DNA of 64,000 bases from the human T2T-CHM13v2.0 reference genome, Homo sapiens, in the NCBI RefSeq assembly GCF_009914755.1, contig NC_060933.1. One strand, 5' to 3'. A model generated the notes under the pieces. That model was not told the origin of the DNA and did not search any database. It saw only the letters and a program-made list of their open reading frames with translations. A program made the position numbers and the translations under genes. Positions 24,806 through 39,200 of the stretch are shown here, one piece after another. Position 1 is the first letter of the stretch. The number at the start of each line of letters is the position of its first letter.

Positions 24806-25099
24806 TTTTCTTTTTTCTTTTGACACAGAGTGTTACTCTGTCACCCAGGCAGTGCGGTGGCACGATCTCAGCTCACTGCAACCTCTGCCTCCCAGGTTCA
24901 AGCAATTCTCTGCCTCAGCCTCCTGAGTAGCTGGGATTACAGGCACCTGCCACCATGCCCGGCTAAGTTTTTTGTATTTTTAGTAGAGACGGGCTTTCAC
25001 GATCTTGGCCAGGATGGTCTTGAACACCTGACCTTGTGATCCACCCACCTTGGCCTCCCAAAGTGCTGGGATTATAGGCGTGAGCCACCGCGCCCAGCC
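24806..25099 (-). mobile_element. Alu (AluS-type)
   Basis: T-tract then reverse-complement Alu ending GAGCCACCGCGCCCAGCC. Confidence 0.92.
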
Positions 25100-25559
25100 T
25101 TAGTGCACTGATATTTTCTATCATGTTCTATTCCACTCTATTTGATTGAAAAAATAATGTTGATCAAACCCATTCAGTTGATTTTGCCAGTGACCCACGG
25201 AGTACGCCCGCAGTTTGGGAACCACTGACAGCCTTTGCCACGGGCTGTCCTGATTTCTTGGTTCACACCCCAAGTGACTGCCTGTGCCGGGCCCTGTGCT
25301 AGGATCTCGGGCTTGGAAACCCTGCCCCGACCTCGAGCCAATGACAGCCCAACGTGGCCTGACTAGTGCAAGTGCCGAGCACGGCCCAGATCGTCAGGTG
25401 GGTCCTCCCAGCTTCCCGTGTGGGGGAATGTTTAGTCTGACTCTGAGCCCAGGATAAACTGCAGCTGTGGCTTTGTATTTCTGGCAAACAGCTTCAGCGA
25501 CACTGGACCTTGGTGACGCCAGATGCCTGGATGTGGCCAAGCACAGAGGGCTTTAATTA

Positions 25560-26021
<462 letters not shown>

Positions 26022-29000
26022 TTACTGATTCATTTTCAGGCCAAAATATGAATTGGTCCAGCTCCGGGGGGGCGTCTCTCTTGGGTCCCGGCTGGAAAAC
26101 GATTGAGTAGAAACACTCGCCGCAGCCGCGGCCTCTTGGGCAGATGCCACGAGTGGGAAGACAGACAGAGAGTGTTTTCTTGGTGCGGATTCTCAGAAGC
26201 CCGCCGCCCGGCGCACCTTGGAAGTGCCGCTTAGAGGGGCTCTGCCAAGGGAGAGCTGGGCCCACATGGTCCTGCAGATGGTGCTGGGCGGGTTCAAAGG
26301 AAGGAGTGACGGCTCTGGACATGGAGGAAGGAGTGACAGCTCTGGACGCGGAGGAAGGAAGACAGCAGCAGCCACCGACGGCCCTGTGTTGTCAGATGGG
26401 GCCTGGGGACCGAGGGAGGCGGAGATGCCTCTGGGCCGCTGCAGCCTTACACTCCGCAGGTTGCATCCCGCCCAGGGCTGCCTCTGCAGACAGACCCTGA
26501 CCAACCAGCTGCTGCTTTGCCACTGTGCCCAGAACATGCAGCTAGCGTCCTGAGCACTGAGCTGGGCTCTGTGGTCACCCTAGCACCCGGCCAGTGCCGT
26601 AGAGGATGACCACGGCCTTCCCCGCCACAGCCCTGGAGGGACGACTGGTGCTCCCATTAGGCAGATGAGAAGACTGAGGCTTGGAGGAGTGGGCAACCCA
26701 GGTGCGCAGGGCTGAGATGGCCAGAGGAGTGGGGATGAGAGTGCACGCTCAGTCCCAGGGAGCTCCCTGGGCTGGCACCCAGGAGACCTGAGTTCTACCC
26801 AGACTCCAGCCAACAGGATACGTGGCTTCTCCCCTGCAAAACAAGGGCTCCTGCACAGCACCCCGTGTGTGCTCGGGGCTCACAGGGATGACCTTGGCCC
26901 TCAAAGCTCACAGCCCCATGAGAGACGACGCACAAGCCAGCAGCCATAGGGCAGAGCAGCTCCCACCCTGGCACATTCCTCCAAACCCCAGGCTTCAGTT
27001 TCCTCATCTGTAAAGCTAGGATTATAAAAGCCTCAACCCACAAAGTTTTGATGAGAATTAAATGTGCTGGTGCACAGCATTCAACAGAGCTTGCTGGGAA
27101 CCCTGAGAAGGAGTGAGTCCCTCTGCTGGGGCAGTTGGAGGTGGTTATCTGGGAGGGCTCCCTGGAGGAGGACATGCCTGGCTGAATGGAACATTAAGCA
27201 GAGCCTTGCCAGCTGGGCAGAGGAGCTGAAACCCAAGGAATGGGGGGTGGGTGGGTCCAAACCCTATGAGACTGGGAGAGAGGGTCTCCGATGCCTTAGA
27301 ACGGCCCCCTGGAAGCAGCAACTGCGGTTTTTCCTAGACTGTGATGAAACTGCTGCAGAAACCAGTTACAGACAGGACTGTCTTGGTTGTGGAGCTGTGG
27401 CCTCTCCCAGCCTCCCGGGCTTTCTGATCAGGTGATTCTGGGAGGGGGGCAGAGGGGTCCTGGCAGAGGAGGATGCATGTTTTTAAAGAACAAAGAACTT
27501 GGATGTGTGAGCTACGGCAGCCCTTCAAAGGCAGCCCTGGGGCGGCTCTGCGGCATTCCCAGGAGTCTGGCTTTCCCTTAACTCCTTTCTGGACACCTCT
27601 GGGCAGTGCCCCCAGGGAGGCCTCTGGGCTCAGTCAGGAACAAGGCAGAGCTGAGTTCAAATCCTGACTACCTCTCACAGGCCACGTGACCTCGGACAGG
27701 TTGCAGAACCTTTCTGAGTCTGTTTCTCTCTGCATAAGCCCGCGCAGGGCCGGTGGGGAAGAGGCAATCAAGTCAATGCGTAAACGGACGGCGCACAGTA
27801 GGCCTAACCAACATCACCACCCTCCCTGCAGAGCCAGCTGCTGAGCCCAGAAGGAAATCGGACCCACTCCTTGTTTTTGACTGAAAACGGTACCCCCAGG
27901 CTTGGCGCCCTGCCGTCATTCCCAGGCTTGGCAGTCGGCGCCTGCCGGCTCTTGGCACAGCACTGCCAAGCTGCCGTTTCTCGGGTGCTGAGCCACGGCG
28001 GGCGCGGGGCTGGGCCCTGCACGTGCATTGTCCTGTTTCTGTTCAAAGTTTGAAAAACCCAAACTGCTCCCCACGGAGGCACGCTTTCTTTGCACGATGA
28101 ACGAAGGAAATGTGAGGGTGTTGTCCCCGGTCACCGGTCACCTCGCCATTATGAATGTGTGTGTGCTCTGAGGACCATTCCCCAGGCAGGGTGTGGGCCA
28201 GGCAGTAGCGTGGGGACACTGTGGCCCACCAATGTCACAGCAGATCCCCTGCCACCACTGCCTCTGGGACAAGGAGGGCCGGCCGCAGCTGCAGCCCAAG
28301 TAGGAAGGAGCTAACATCTCATCTGTTGGACCCCGAGGTCCTGCTGCTCAGCCTCCCCGGCACAGGGGTCCAGGCTGGCACCTGGGGAGGCCCCAGGAGC
28401 TCTTCATCCCTCCCTGAGCCTGAGCCTGCTGTTGGGCTCCTCTGACGTTCTCCATGTGAGGGCAGGATTTTCCTCCCGGCCTAAAGAGCTCAGGTGGGGG
28501 GATGTGGGGGCTCCTTTCCAGGGGAGCCAATTACAGGCAGATGTGAACTGGCTGACCTCGCACAAAGGAAGCACCTGGCGGAGAACAGGGCTGCAAAGAA
28601 CAGGGTTTGGGCCACTTGGCACCGTGGTGTTGGGGGACGTTGGCTGTGCCTGGGAGCGGAGCAGGTAGGTATGGGGTCCTATCATGGCCACTCCAAGTCC
28701 CTGCTGAAGGACATGTTGATCTGGACCTCACGTGTGTGACCCCAGCCAGTGACTATGCAATGTTGAGGGCTTGGCAGTCAGGCCTGGGGGGCAGCACTGC
28801 CCCCGGCAGATTGCAGTGGGGACAAGACTGTGCGGCAGGGCAGGGAGGCTGGGTGGGGGCGGGGAGCCCAGGCACTGAGGCTGAGCAGGGGCCCTCCTTC
28901 CGCCCACCTGCAGGTTCTGGGCACAGCCAGCCCATTCCCCAGGCCCTGAAAGGCAGGCAAGAGGGCCGCCCCACTGGACAGATGAGCAAGGGGCCCTCCA

Positions 29001-32000
29001 AGAAGGGACGTGACCCTGGCATCTCACACAGCCAGGGGCGCTGGGGGTGGGGGCTGTGGGCTGGCAATGGCTGGCTTCATCCCACTCGGCACCTTCTGAA
29101 TAAGGACATCTGGCCTTTCTTTTTACCACTCCGCCTCCCCTTGATTATAAGATGCTACAAGGCAGAGCCAGATCCTGTGTTCACAGGGAACCCCCAGGGC
29201 TCAGCACTGACTCCCTCCCAGCCCCGCTCCCCGCTCACTCCTCACAGATGAGCAGCCTGTGAAGGGTTCTGACTTGTCCCCATCTGCAGAGCGGCTCTAT
29301 ATGGTACCCATTTTACAGATGAGAAAAGCGAGACTTAACAGAGGTAAAGCTACACAGCCAAAGGGTGCCAACAGCCATCATCTGGCAAGCATTTAGAGAG
29401 TGCCGAGGGTGTGCAGGTGCGGTGCCCACCCTGAGCTAACATGGCCACAGGAGGGTGTGGTCCCTGCCCCTGGGACTCCTGACACGGAAGGGCAGGACCT
29501 GTGATGGGGGTGATGATGGGGCCTGAGGACCACCTGCCGCCTCCCCTGCCGCCAAACCTCCTTAAACCAGATAGGCCAGTAGCACCAAGCCACCGTGGCC
29601 CCCAAACAAGCCATACCGTCTCCCTGCCCCTCACTCCTCCCACCCCCTACACTGGAACAGGGGTCTGTCCTCTGGGCCCTGGGGCTCCCCATCCCTGGCA
29701 CAAGTCGGCTTCCTTGTCCTTCTGTCCACCAGGCTGGGAGCCCGCTGAGCTGTCTCGTCGCTGCTGACCTCCCTGACCCCGGCTTGCTTTAGGCATTCAA
29801 GGTTTGAACACAAGAATGAGCGTGTGCCACTGTGGGAGGCCTGGAGGCTGCTGGGTGACCTCGGGCACATCCCTGGCCTTCTCTGAGGCTGCCCTGCCTG
29901 CCTCCAGGGATTGAAGGGCGCTGGCGTGATGCCGGGGGTGGGGGGCAGGGGTGTATGAACTGTAAAGTGGCCCTGGGGACAGGCTGCTGAGTTGCACCCT
30001 TGCCCACACAGGTCCCTCCGGGAAGCAGGCTCTGGTGAGACTGTCCAGCCCCAGGGTCTCGGGGCACAGTTCCAGGTGCCCTGTCCTCCAGGAAGGATCA
30101 GGTGGCATTGGCGCTGAAGGCCTAGCAGTTCGGACAGGGAGTCTAATGAGGATGGATGGTATCCAGGGCTGGAGAGGCGGCAGCCAGCTCCTTCCCAAAC
30201 AAAAACTGAGTTTCTGACGGATTCCGTGTGGCGGGGGGTGATCCTGACAGATGTCGAGAGGTTCCTGGGAAAAGATTGCTTCTGATGGAGGCCCAAATGG
30301 ATATTAATGCTCACTGGCCAGGCAAGCACTTCTCAGATGAGAATGGCCTCTCTCCCAGGGCCCCCGGAACCGGGTGTCTGAGCGCCAGGGCTGGCGGGGA
30401 TTTCCTCATCGACTCCCCTCTAATCGCCCCTGAAGCTGAGTCCGTCGGAATGACCGGCCTCCCAGCCCAAATCCTGATTGACTTCCCGGGAGATTGGCTT
30501 CATGTCCACCAGAGTGGAAGACGCATGGCCCGCTCCGGCGTCCTGATCTTTCATTAAGCCTGTCCTGACCCTGAACTCTGATTTCTGGGTTCGGCTGGTG
30601 CCTCCTCACTGTTCCGCCCGCCAAGGGGTTCCCAGAAGCAAATGCCATAACTCAGACGTTCTTGGCGTTAGGAAAACAAAAGAGCTTTTATCCCCCAGAC
30701 GCAGCTCCAGTACATTTTTAAAAGCTCTCCTCTGGAGCTTGAAGACAGGTTTAGAGACGTGTCTGTCTTTGGGGTCTTGTGGGGATTCTCATCTGCGCAC
30801 GCTGACTCCTAACATAGCAGGCTCTGCCTTGCTGGCGGACTCGTCCCTCCACCGGCCGCCTGTGCGGGCCTCCCCGCGTCCTGCCTCTGCTGGGGACCGC
30901 TGACCCCTTTCAAAACTGACCCAGGCTGCCTGCACCCCTGCCTCCCCCAAAAACTCCCCGCCAAGAGGCTTCCCTCTCTCCTGTTTCTCGGTCACTTGTT
31001 TTGTCTGATGTTAAGCCCTTCCCCCAGATGTTTGTGGGCCTGGACATCAATACACCAAAAATAGTCAGCACCAAGATCCCAGGCGAGATGCGTCCCGCAC
31101 TCAGTGGCAGCAGCCCTGGGGCGGTGGGGTTCTCACCGGCCCACCCCCGGGCCTGGTCTGGGGTCTCTGTTCCTGGCTAAGCAGGCCTGACTGGCATCGC
31201 CGGCCTCCCAGTCTCTCTCCAGCACACTTCTTCTCAGCTGAGCCCCCCACTTTCTTGTGCTTGCAGTTAAGAGGTCTAAGGATGTAGGTGGGCATCCCCG
31301 TTTCACAGCTGAGGAAACGGGGGCTCAGAGAACCGAGGTAAGTTGCCCCAGGTCACACAGCAGGACTCAGAGCCATGCCTGGGGCAGCCTGTGGATGACA
31401 GGGCCAGAGCGTGGAACCTCCAGGCTCCCCGCCTCTCTGACATCTGCTGTCGGGGTCCCATCATAGACCTGTGGACTGAACGGTCGAAACACCTCCTCCC
31501 CGTCCCTCTCCCCACTGCCCAAGGATGCACACCGCCAAGTCACCTCTCCTGAAGCACAGTCCCCATCCCGTCTTCCTCTCTTCAACACCCCCAGTAGCTC
31601 CCGACTGTGTGTCCCAACCCTGCAGCCTGGGGCTGGAACACTCCAGCCTCATCTCATCACGCACCACAAATCCCTCGGGCCCTGCTCCTCAGATGTTCCC
31701 TGGTAGCCGCGTTAGGTTGCCCCCTCCTCCTGGAATACCTTCTCCTTCCTGCCCGCACTCAGAAATCCTCCCTGCTTTAATGGCTCATGAGAAATGCCCC
31801 CTTCTCCAGGAAGCTTTACCCTCCCCTCTGCTACAGTGACTTCTTCCGCCCCCAATGCCCCCTGGCGTGTAAATTCCTCGGGAGGACTGGGACAGGGGCT
31901 TCTCCATCTCTGTGCTTCCCCGGAACCCAGTATACAGTAGGTGCTCAAAAATGTCTGTCCAACTGAAATGAAATGTGAAGCTGAGAAGCCTTAAAGAGCC

Positions 32001-32614
32001 AGTCCTCCTGGTCTTCAAAGCAGGGCGTCTGCCCCATTCTCCCAGCACCTTGTGTGGTCCCGCCCCTGCCCTGTGACTGGCAGTTGGGGCATCTCGCTCC
32101 TGTTTCCCACCCAGGCAGGAACCAGGAGGTGCAGGAATCAGACAGCACTTGTCAGCCCATAGCTGTGGGGGGTCTCTGCTCCTCCAGCCACACTCCTCCT
32201 TTTTCTTCTGCACACGCGCCGTGTATTGGGTAGTTCAAAAAGCCGGGCGCCCACACACATCAGCCCTGGAACCCACGTTAGCAACAGGTTCCTGCTGCCA
32301 TGTGTCGTCCTAGGCCCAAACCCCGCCCCACCCCCTGCTGGAAGAGCCACAGCTGGGGATCTCAGGGAGCCCAAGGTGGCTCCTGCCTAATGTCCGCTCC
32401 AGAGTGGGTACCCCAGGGTCAGCTCACAGAGTCCCCTGTTCCCCTCTTCTGTAGGGGTGGGGTCAGGCCAGGCAGAAGGGCACCAGGGCAGGGCCAGTCC
32501 ACAGATCCATGGTGGAGGGCTGGGTAGGAAGCTGCTCGGAATGCCCGGGTTCAGGTACACAGCCTCACGGTCCCCGGTGCCTGCCCTGCCGCCCGCCCAG
32601 CCTGGGACACTCAC

Positions 32615-32751
32615 CGTCCAGCCGCCGCCGTCCGTGCGCATGTCACAGTACACCTGGAAGCCGGCCGGGTAGTGGGTGGGAAAGACAGAGTAGACGCCAT
32701 CGTCCTGCTGTCCGCTTAGGAGGACGTCCAGACAGTCTCGGGGCCGGGAGC
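32615..32751 (-). CDS. FIBCD1: FIBCD1 coding exon 4 (137 nt; start of fibrinogen C-terminal domain)
   Basis: Acceptor CTCAG|GC, donor ACG|GTGAGT; [45 protein letters not shown] carries the FReD signature PRDC...VYCDM..DGGGWT. Confidence 0.97.
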
Positions 32752-33107
32752 CTGAGGGAGGCAAGGCTGTCAGGGTGGCTGCGGCCCCAGCACGTTCCTG
32801 CCCAGCCCCCTGGCCAAACTGTCTGTCCATCGATAATGCATGTGGGGTCCCATGGGGTTGAGAGAGCACTGGCCTTGGAGTCCGACCTTGGCTCTGCCAC
32901 TCCCTGCTGTGGCTGGGTGAGAGAATCACCCTCTCTGGGACTTACTCTCCTCATCTGGAGAATGGACAGAGAGGGCTTCAGCGCAGGCCACATGGAAGTA
33001 GGGTCGGGCCCTGGAGTCTCATGGCTGGGGAACCCTCACCCCAACTTCCCCGCTCCCCAGAGCTGGGACCCGAGGCACCGGAGGAAGGCAGGCCCTGCCC
33101 CACTCAC

Positions 33108-33267
33108 CAGTGGCACAGCCCCGGGGCCGGGTTCCCCGGGCAGGCGCTCTCTGAAGGTCGGCCTTGTTGCGGGGCCGGCCCAGCCCCCGGTCCCTCTGCA
33201 GGGCATCCAGGATGTCGCTGACGGAGTTCACCAGGTGAGCCATGTGGCCCTGGCTCTCAGAGAGAAG
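33108..33267 (-). CDS. FIBCD1: FIBCD1 coding exon 3 (160 nt; end of coiled coil and basic linker)
   Basis: Acceptor CCGCAG|CTT, donor CTG|GTGAGT; LLSESQGHMAHLVNSVSDILDALQRDRGLGRPRNKADLQRAPARGTRPRGCAT. Confidence 0.96.
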
Positions 33268-35371
33268 CTGCGGAGCACAGGGGGTGAGCCGAGGGGGCAG
33301 GGGCTCTGTTGGGGGTGGGGTGGCGCACATAGCAGGTCACTGGCCAGAGTGGGCCCTCTCCTGAGGCAGAGGTGGGCTTCTGGCTCAAGGCCCCGCCCTG
33401 CCCTGCCCCTTGGGTCCCTGTCCAAGGTGGTCTGAGGGGCCAGCCAGGCTATGATGGAGCCTGTGCTCTGGGGCCTCGAGGGCTGGGAGGGCCGGGGAGC
33501 AGGCGGGAGGGGAAGGAGGCTCCAGCAGGCACCTGCCACCCCTGCTGCCCCAGGCTGCGTTCTTCGGCCATCTCTTCGGCCCAGGGAAGAGTAAACTGGA
33601 GGAGGCCGTGCCAGGTGGGGAGAGAGTGCCCCGTGTTGGGCAAATCCAGCTGGAGCCCAACACGTCCACTTGCCGGTTATATGACTAGGGGCGAATGTCC
33701 TCACCACGCCTCGTCTCCCCTGGCCTGGCCAAACTGCTATGGGGACCAGTGACAACACATGGGAGGTGCCCAGCACAGCGGCAAGGACCGGCCGGGTACT
33801 CAGCACACCAAGTTCCCACAGCACCTTCCAGGCTACCAGACATCCCCACCGCTGCCTCTTCCGATCCCGAGCAAGGCTGCTGAGGTAGGAGTGATTGATC
33901 TGCACTTGACAGAGGGGTGCCCTGAGGCTGGGGAGGCCACAGGAGCCTTTGCGCAGCCCCTCAGGCTTCTGGACCAACAAGGCTCCCCCGTCCCACCCCC
34001 ACTCCCCATGCAAACATCACTCTGAGTTTCTGGGGCTCTCCGATGTCCATGACCTCACTGGGTCCCCCACCACGCTGCAAAGAGGGAGGACTTCAGGTTG
34101 TCATCTCTTGTGACAAATGGAGAAACTGAGGCCCCGAAAGAGCAATCCCTGAGAGCGAAGGATGGCACTGGGGGCAGGGACCAGGACTCAGGCCACTTCC
34201 CTAGGGCGGGCTGGCAGGAAAGGGGCCCGGGGCTGTGTTCTTGTGTAGGAGACCAGGGTCAGGGTGGGGACGGGGCGGTGGTTTGGACCCAGGTTCTGGT
34301 GTTGACTGTCTGTGTTTTGACTCCAGTCCCTCCCCCGTTCACTAGCTGCGTGACCCCGGAACAGTGTCCGAATCTCTCCACGTCTCCATTTCCTTGTAAC
34401 CCAGGATAATGAGCCCTGTTTCTCTGAGCGGGGGGATTCAGGAGAGCCTGGGCTGGGGAGCTCAGCCGTTGTTCTCCATCCTTCACCCCCGCCCCTCCCT
34501 CCAACACAGCCCTGGGGTTGGAGCTTGGCAAGCGCAATGCTGTCCCCCAGCGCCTCTGCCTGTGTTGAGTGCCTGAAGGGTCTGAGGTCTCTTGCCCCCA
34601 CCCTGGGCTTCAGGAGGCTGCAGGACCACGTGGAGGGTGAGGGGGTAGTGGGCAAGCTATAGCTGGCCAGCCAGTGAGCATGGAGCCGGCCGGGTCTTTA
34701 TACACCTAACATGTCACTTGCCAGATAATAGCCCATTCGTGGAAGGAAAATAGAAATATACAGTGCCGGCAGTTTACAAAATATGATTCCCGGCTCGTCC
34801 AGAGGCAGGGGCCCTGCAAAGCTTTTAGTTTCCCTGTCAGTTTCCCCTCTGCTGAGCAGGTGATTCAGTGAGGGCTGAGGCCAGGGGAGAGAGGAGCAGA
34901 GATGGGCAGGCAGGGCGTTTGGGTTTCACGGCAGCATCCTGTAGACGAGCTCCACTGGGCACGCCCCACAGAGGGACACAGGCAGCACACCCCAACCGGG
35001 GCAGGAGGGAAGACGGTAGGTGGGGGCCGCCGTGCGATGTGTGTGCGGCAAACATCACTTGGTTAAGTCACACTGGTACTGCCCATTTATCTGAGTCAAC
35101 ACGGCCACAACGCACTAAAAAAAACTCAGGCACGGCCTCCTCCCTCTTGCTAACGGGCAGGGAAGACCTCTGTTTAAACCAGCAGATGATTAAAGTTGAA
35201 AATGTACATATAAACATGCCCCGAATTAATGGGGAAGTGAGTCCCTGCTTGCCGAGCTGCAGAGGCGCATCAGGGGAGGGCTGGACAGCGCTTAGCGGTA
35301 GTGGTGTCAGAGCTGCTGTCCCCGGCACTGCTTAGCTGTGTGAGTGAGCTTGCACACGCACCTGTCACTCA

Positions 35372-35722
<351 letters not shown>

Positions 35723-35839
35723 ATAAAATGGGATAACAAATGTACTAACCTCCTGGCGTTATGGGGCTGCAAAGTGCCTATTAACGCGGAGCCCAGCACA
35801 TGGTATAGGCCTATCACTCCTACCAGAAAAGGGATTTTC

Positions 35840-36130
35840 GGCCCAACACAGTAATCTTAGCACGTGGGGAGGCCGAGGTGGGTGGATTGCTTGAGGCCAG
35901 GAGTTTGAGACCAGCCTGAGCACCATAGCAAGACCTCTCTACAAAAAAATTTTAATCAAAAAAATTAGCTAGACATGGTGGTGCACACTTGTAGTGACTG
36001 CTACTTAGAAGGCTGAGGTGGGAGGATTGTCTGAGCCCAGGAGGTGGAGGTTGCAGTAAGCCCTGATCGTGCCACTGCTCTCTAGCATGGGTGACGGAGT
36101 AAGACTGTCTCGAAAAAAAAAAAAGAAAAA
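35840..36130 (+). mobile_element. Alu (AluJ-like)
   Basis: Diverged dimer; near-TSD AGAAAAGGGA(G)TTTTC. Confidence 0.88.
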
Positions 36131-36528
36131 AGAAAAGGGAGTTTTCAATAGTGGCATGGTGGCTCCCTATAGGTTTAAATTTCAGCTCACAAACAATTTC
36201 TACTATAATAATAAGGAGACGTTGATGGTGCAGACCATGAGTATCCCCCACGTGACAGAGCCAGCCAAGCCCTGTAGCCAGGCGCTCCAATATCCCCTCA
36301 GCATAGACTGTGTTATGCACATCTCACGGGTGACAAGACCCAGCCCAGAGAGGGGAAGCAACCTGCCCGGCATCCCACAGCTGGCACAGATGGGGCCTGG
36401 ACTGGATCCCAGCTCTGCGGACTCAAACCCTCAGGGCAGAATGGCTCAGCTCAGCCGTGACCAGCAGGCCTCAGGGACTACACATGAGAATCAACCCCGG
36501 CTGGGGGGCTGCAGGGGGTTGGGGATGA

Positions 36529-36830
<302 letters not shown>

Positions 36831-38437
36831 GGGAAGCTGCCTTTTAACAAGCACCTCTGGCGATTCCAACCCAGGCTGCCTGTAGGCACAGCTTTGAGAA
36901 ACCCACATCTGTGCTGATCAGCTGAGGGTCTGGGAAGCTTGGAAGGGAGGAGTTAGGAGCACGGCTCGCTGCCTCTGAATGAAACATAAAGACCCACTGT
37001 CTCTTGAATCATCCAGTCTGTGGGGAATGAGTCAAATCAAACATTTTTGGGGAAGTAAATATGTCAGGTGAGCTGGCACTCCTGGGCCCAGAAAGGCTGT
37101 TAGTCTTGTGGGAATACTCTGTACCTCTGCGCAGGCTATTGGGAGGGCAGGACTCTGGGGTCCCTCCTTCTAAATACCCCACCCCAGCTCTAAGGGTGGG
37201 CCTTCATGAACTGGGCCTGAGCTGACCAGGGGCTGAGCAATTTGGAGTGAGGTGGGGGTCCCAGGTCAGCCAGAAAGTCAGGAGGTACCCCCAGCCCCCA
37301 GCCCTGCTGATGAGGCCTGGGGAAGTTGCACATGGAGGGGCAGCTGGAAGGCGGTCTAAACATCCCTCTACCCCGGGAGGGGGAAGCCACCTTCCCATCA
37401 GTCACCCAGACAGGGTGATGAGGACTGTAATTTCTCCAGCTGCTGCCTTCAAAGGGAGGGAAAGGGCCCATTGCTCATGAGCAGCTGAGTGACCAAATGC
37501 CTGGATCTCTCAGTGGCTGCTGGGGGCGGTGGGGCGGAAGGGGCTTGGGCGCCCGTGGGGGCAGGGGCTTGGCTCCTAGCCTCCAGGGATCTGAGTCACC
37601 GGGAGAACGTGGCACAGGGCCAGGGGCTGGGCAGGGCTCCAGCAGGGGCTGGATTCCAGGTCTGACCTGGCCACGGCACCCAGGAAAAATCACCACCCAT
37701 TTCTAGGCCACCATTTTCTGTCTTGGAAAATGGTGGAGGCAGATGAGACGATCCCAAATCCCTCATCCTATGAAGGAGGAACTTCTTGTGGGTGGTGCTT
37801 CCAGCATGGTCTCAGAGCCGAAGCTGGAAAGCCTTCACCCAGACCCACCTGGAGCTGGCTGGAGCCTGGCTTGGCTGGGGGCAGGGGTGGGGAGGGTGGA
37901 GGTGGTTTGGGACAGGCTAGGGGTCTGGCTGGGCTGCCTGGACTGGTCTCTCTGTCCCTGGGAAGCTGTGGGTATTGCATGGTGTGAACTGGGAGGGGGT
38001 ATGGAGAGATGGGGTGCGGCTCTGAGGGGGTAGCACTGATCAGCCACATGCCCTTCAGCAAGTCGCATCCCCTCTCTGAGCCTCGATTTGCTCCTGATGG
38101 GGGAATGCCCTGCCTCACCTGTACCCTGGAGCACTGGGGAAGCCCCAAGCCCTGGATTTACTGAGTGCCAAGTGCCGTGGGGTGCTGTACAGTTTACCGG
38201 GTCACCGGGAAAGAAACAGGATTTGAATCCTGGCTCCCAGTAGCTGTGCGGCCCTGGATGAGTGACTGCGCCTCCCTGAGCTTCATGGGCTTGTCTGTAG
38301 ATGGGAACAGCAGTAGCCCCTTGTCTGGGGCCTTGGGGATTAAGTGAGGCCATGGACATCAGGCGCCTGGCACATGGCAGCAGCAGCACCAACCCCTCGC
38401 CTCCAGCAAGACCCCAAGATGCAGACCCCAGCCCTAC

Positions 38438-38917
38438 CTGGATGAGGCGGCCCTGCTCACTCTGCAGGGCGCTGAGGCCCTGGCCCAGCGTGCCATGCCC
38501 CTTCCGCAGCCCCATGCACTCCGTCTGCAGCTCTGAGGCTCGGGCCAGCAGCCGGGGCAGCTGGTCGGCCAGCGTGTCCAGCAGCTCCTGCTCCTGGTCG
38601 CCCACCAGCCGTGGCTGGGCCTGGTGCTCTGTCAGCGCCTGCAGCACCGAGGCCTGGGCGCTCTCCAGGCGTGCGAAGCTGTCGGTGAGGTCGGGGCAGC
38701 GCGGGTCAATGAGGATGCTGAGGTGCGAGCTGTCCGCCCTTTCCACAGTGACCAGGGCGCTGTTGGCGCTGGCAGCCCCAGTGCTGACGACAGGTGGGGG
38801 CGCCGTGCCCGGCGCGTGGGCGTGGTTCAGGAAGAGCACGGCACCGGTGACAGCTACAGCCAGCAGCACAGCCAGGGCCAGCAGCACGGTGCACAGCACG
38901 TAGCCGCAGCTCGGCCG
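38438..38917 (-). CDS. FIBCD1: FIBCD1 coding exon 2 (480 nt; transmembrane helix and coiled-coil stalk)
   Basis: Acceptor CTGCAG|CGG, donor CAG|GTAGGG; RPSCGYVLCTVLLALAVLLAVAVTGAVLFL...QSEQGRLIQ; phase 0/0. Confidence 0.97.
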
Positions 38918-39200
38918 CTGCAGGCCCGCCCGGGACGCACAGACACAGACAGACAGACGGGAGAGAGAAGGGGCCAGCATTAGAGGCATACCTGGGGTCA
39001 GAGGACCCCCTTCTTGGGGGGCTGGGCAAGGGCGTGGCACAGAGACTGAGATGAGACAGGCACTGAGAGACAGTCCAAGGGGAGACAGAGAGACAGGGAC
39101 AGCCACAGATGCAGTGAGAGGGACACAGTGAGCGCCTCAGGGAGAAAGTGGAGAGAGACAGAGCCCCAGAGGGGAGGTGGAGACATAGGGAGAGACGGGG

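Noticed and set aside
32509-33435. 308-aa plus-strand ORF, and the similar 38301-38903 and 2352-2687 ORFs
   Set aside because: Antisense shadows of GC-rich coding exons with no recognisable domain
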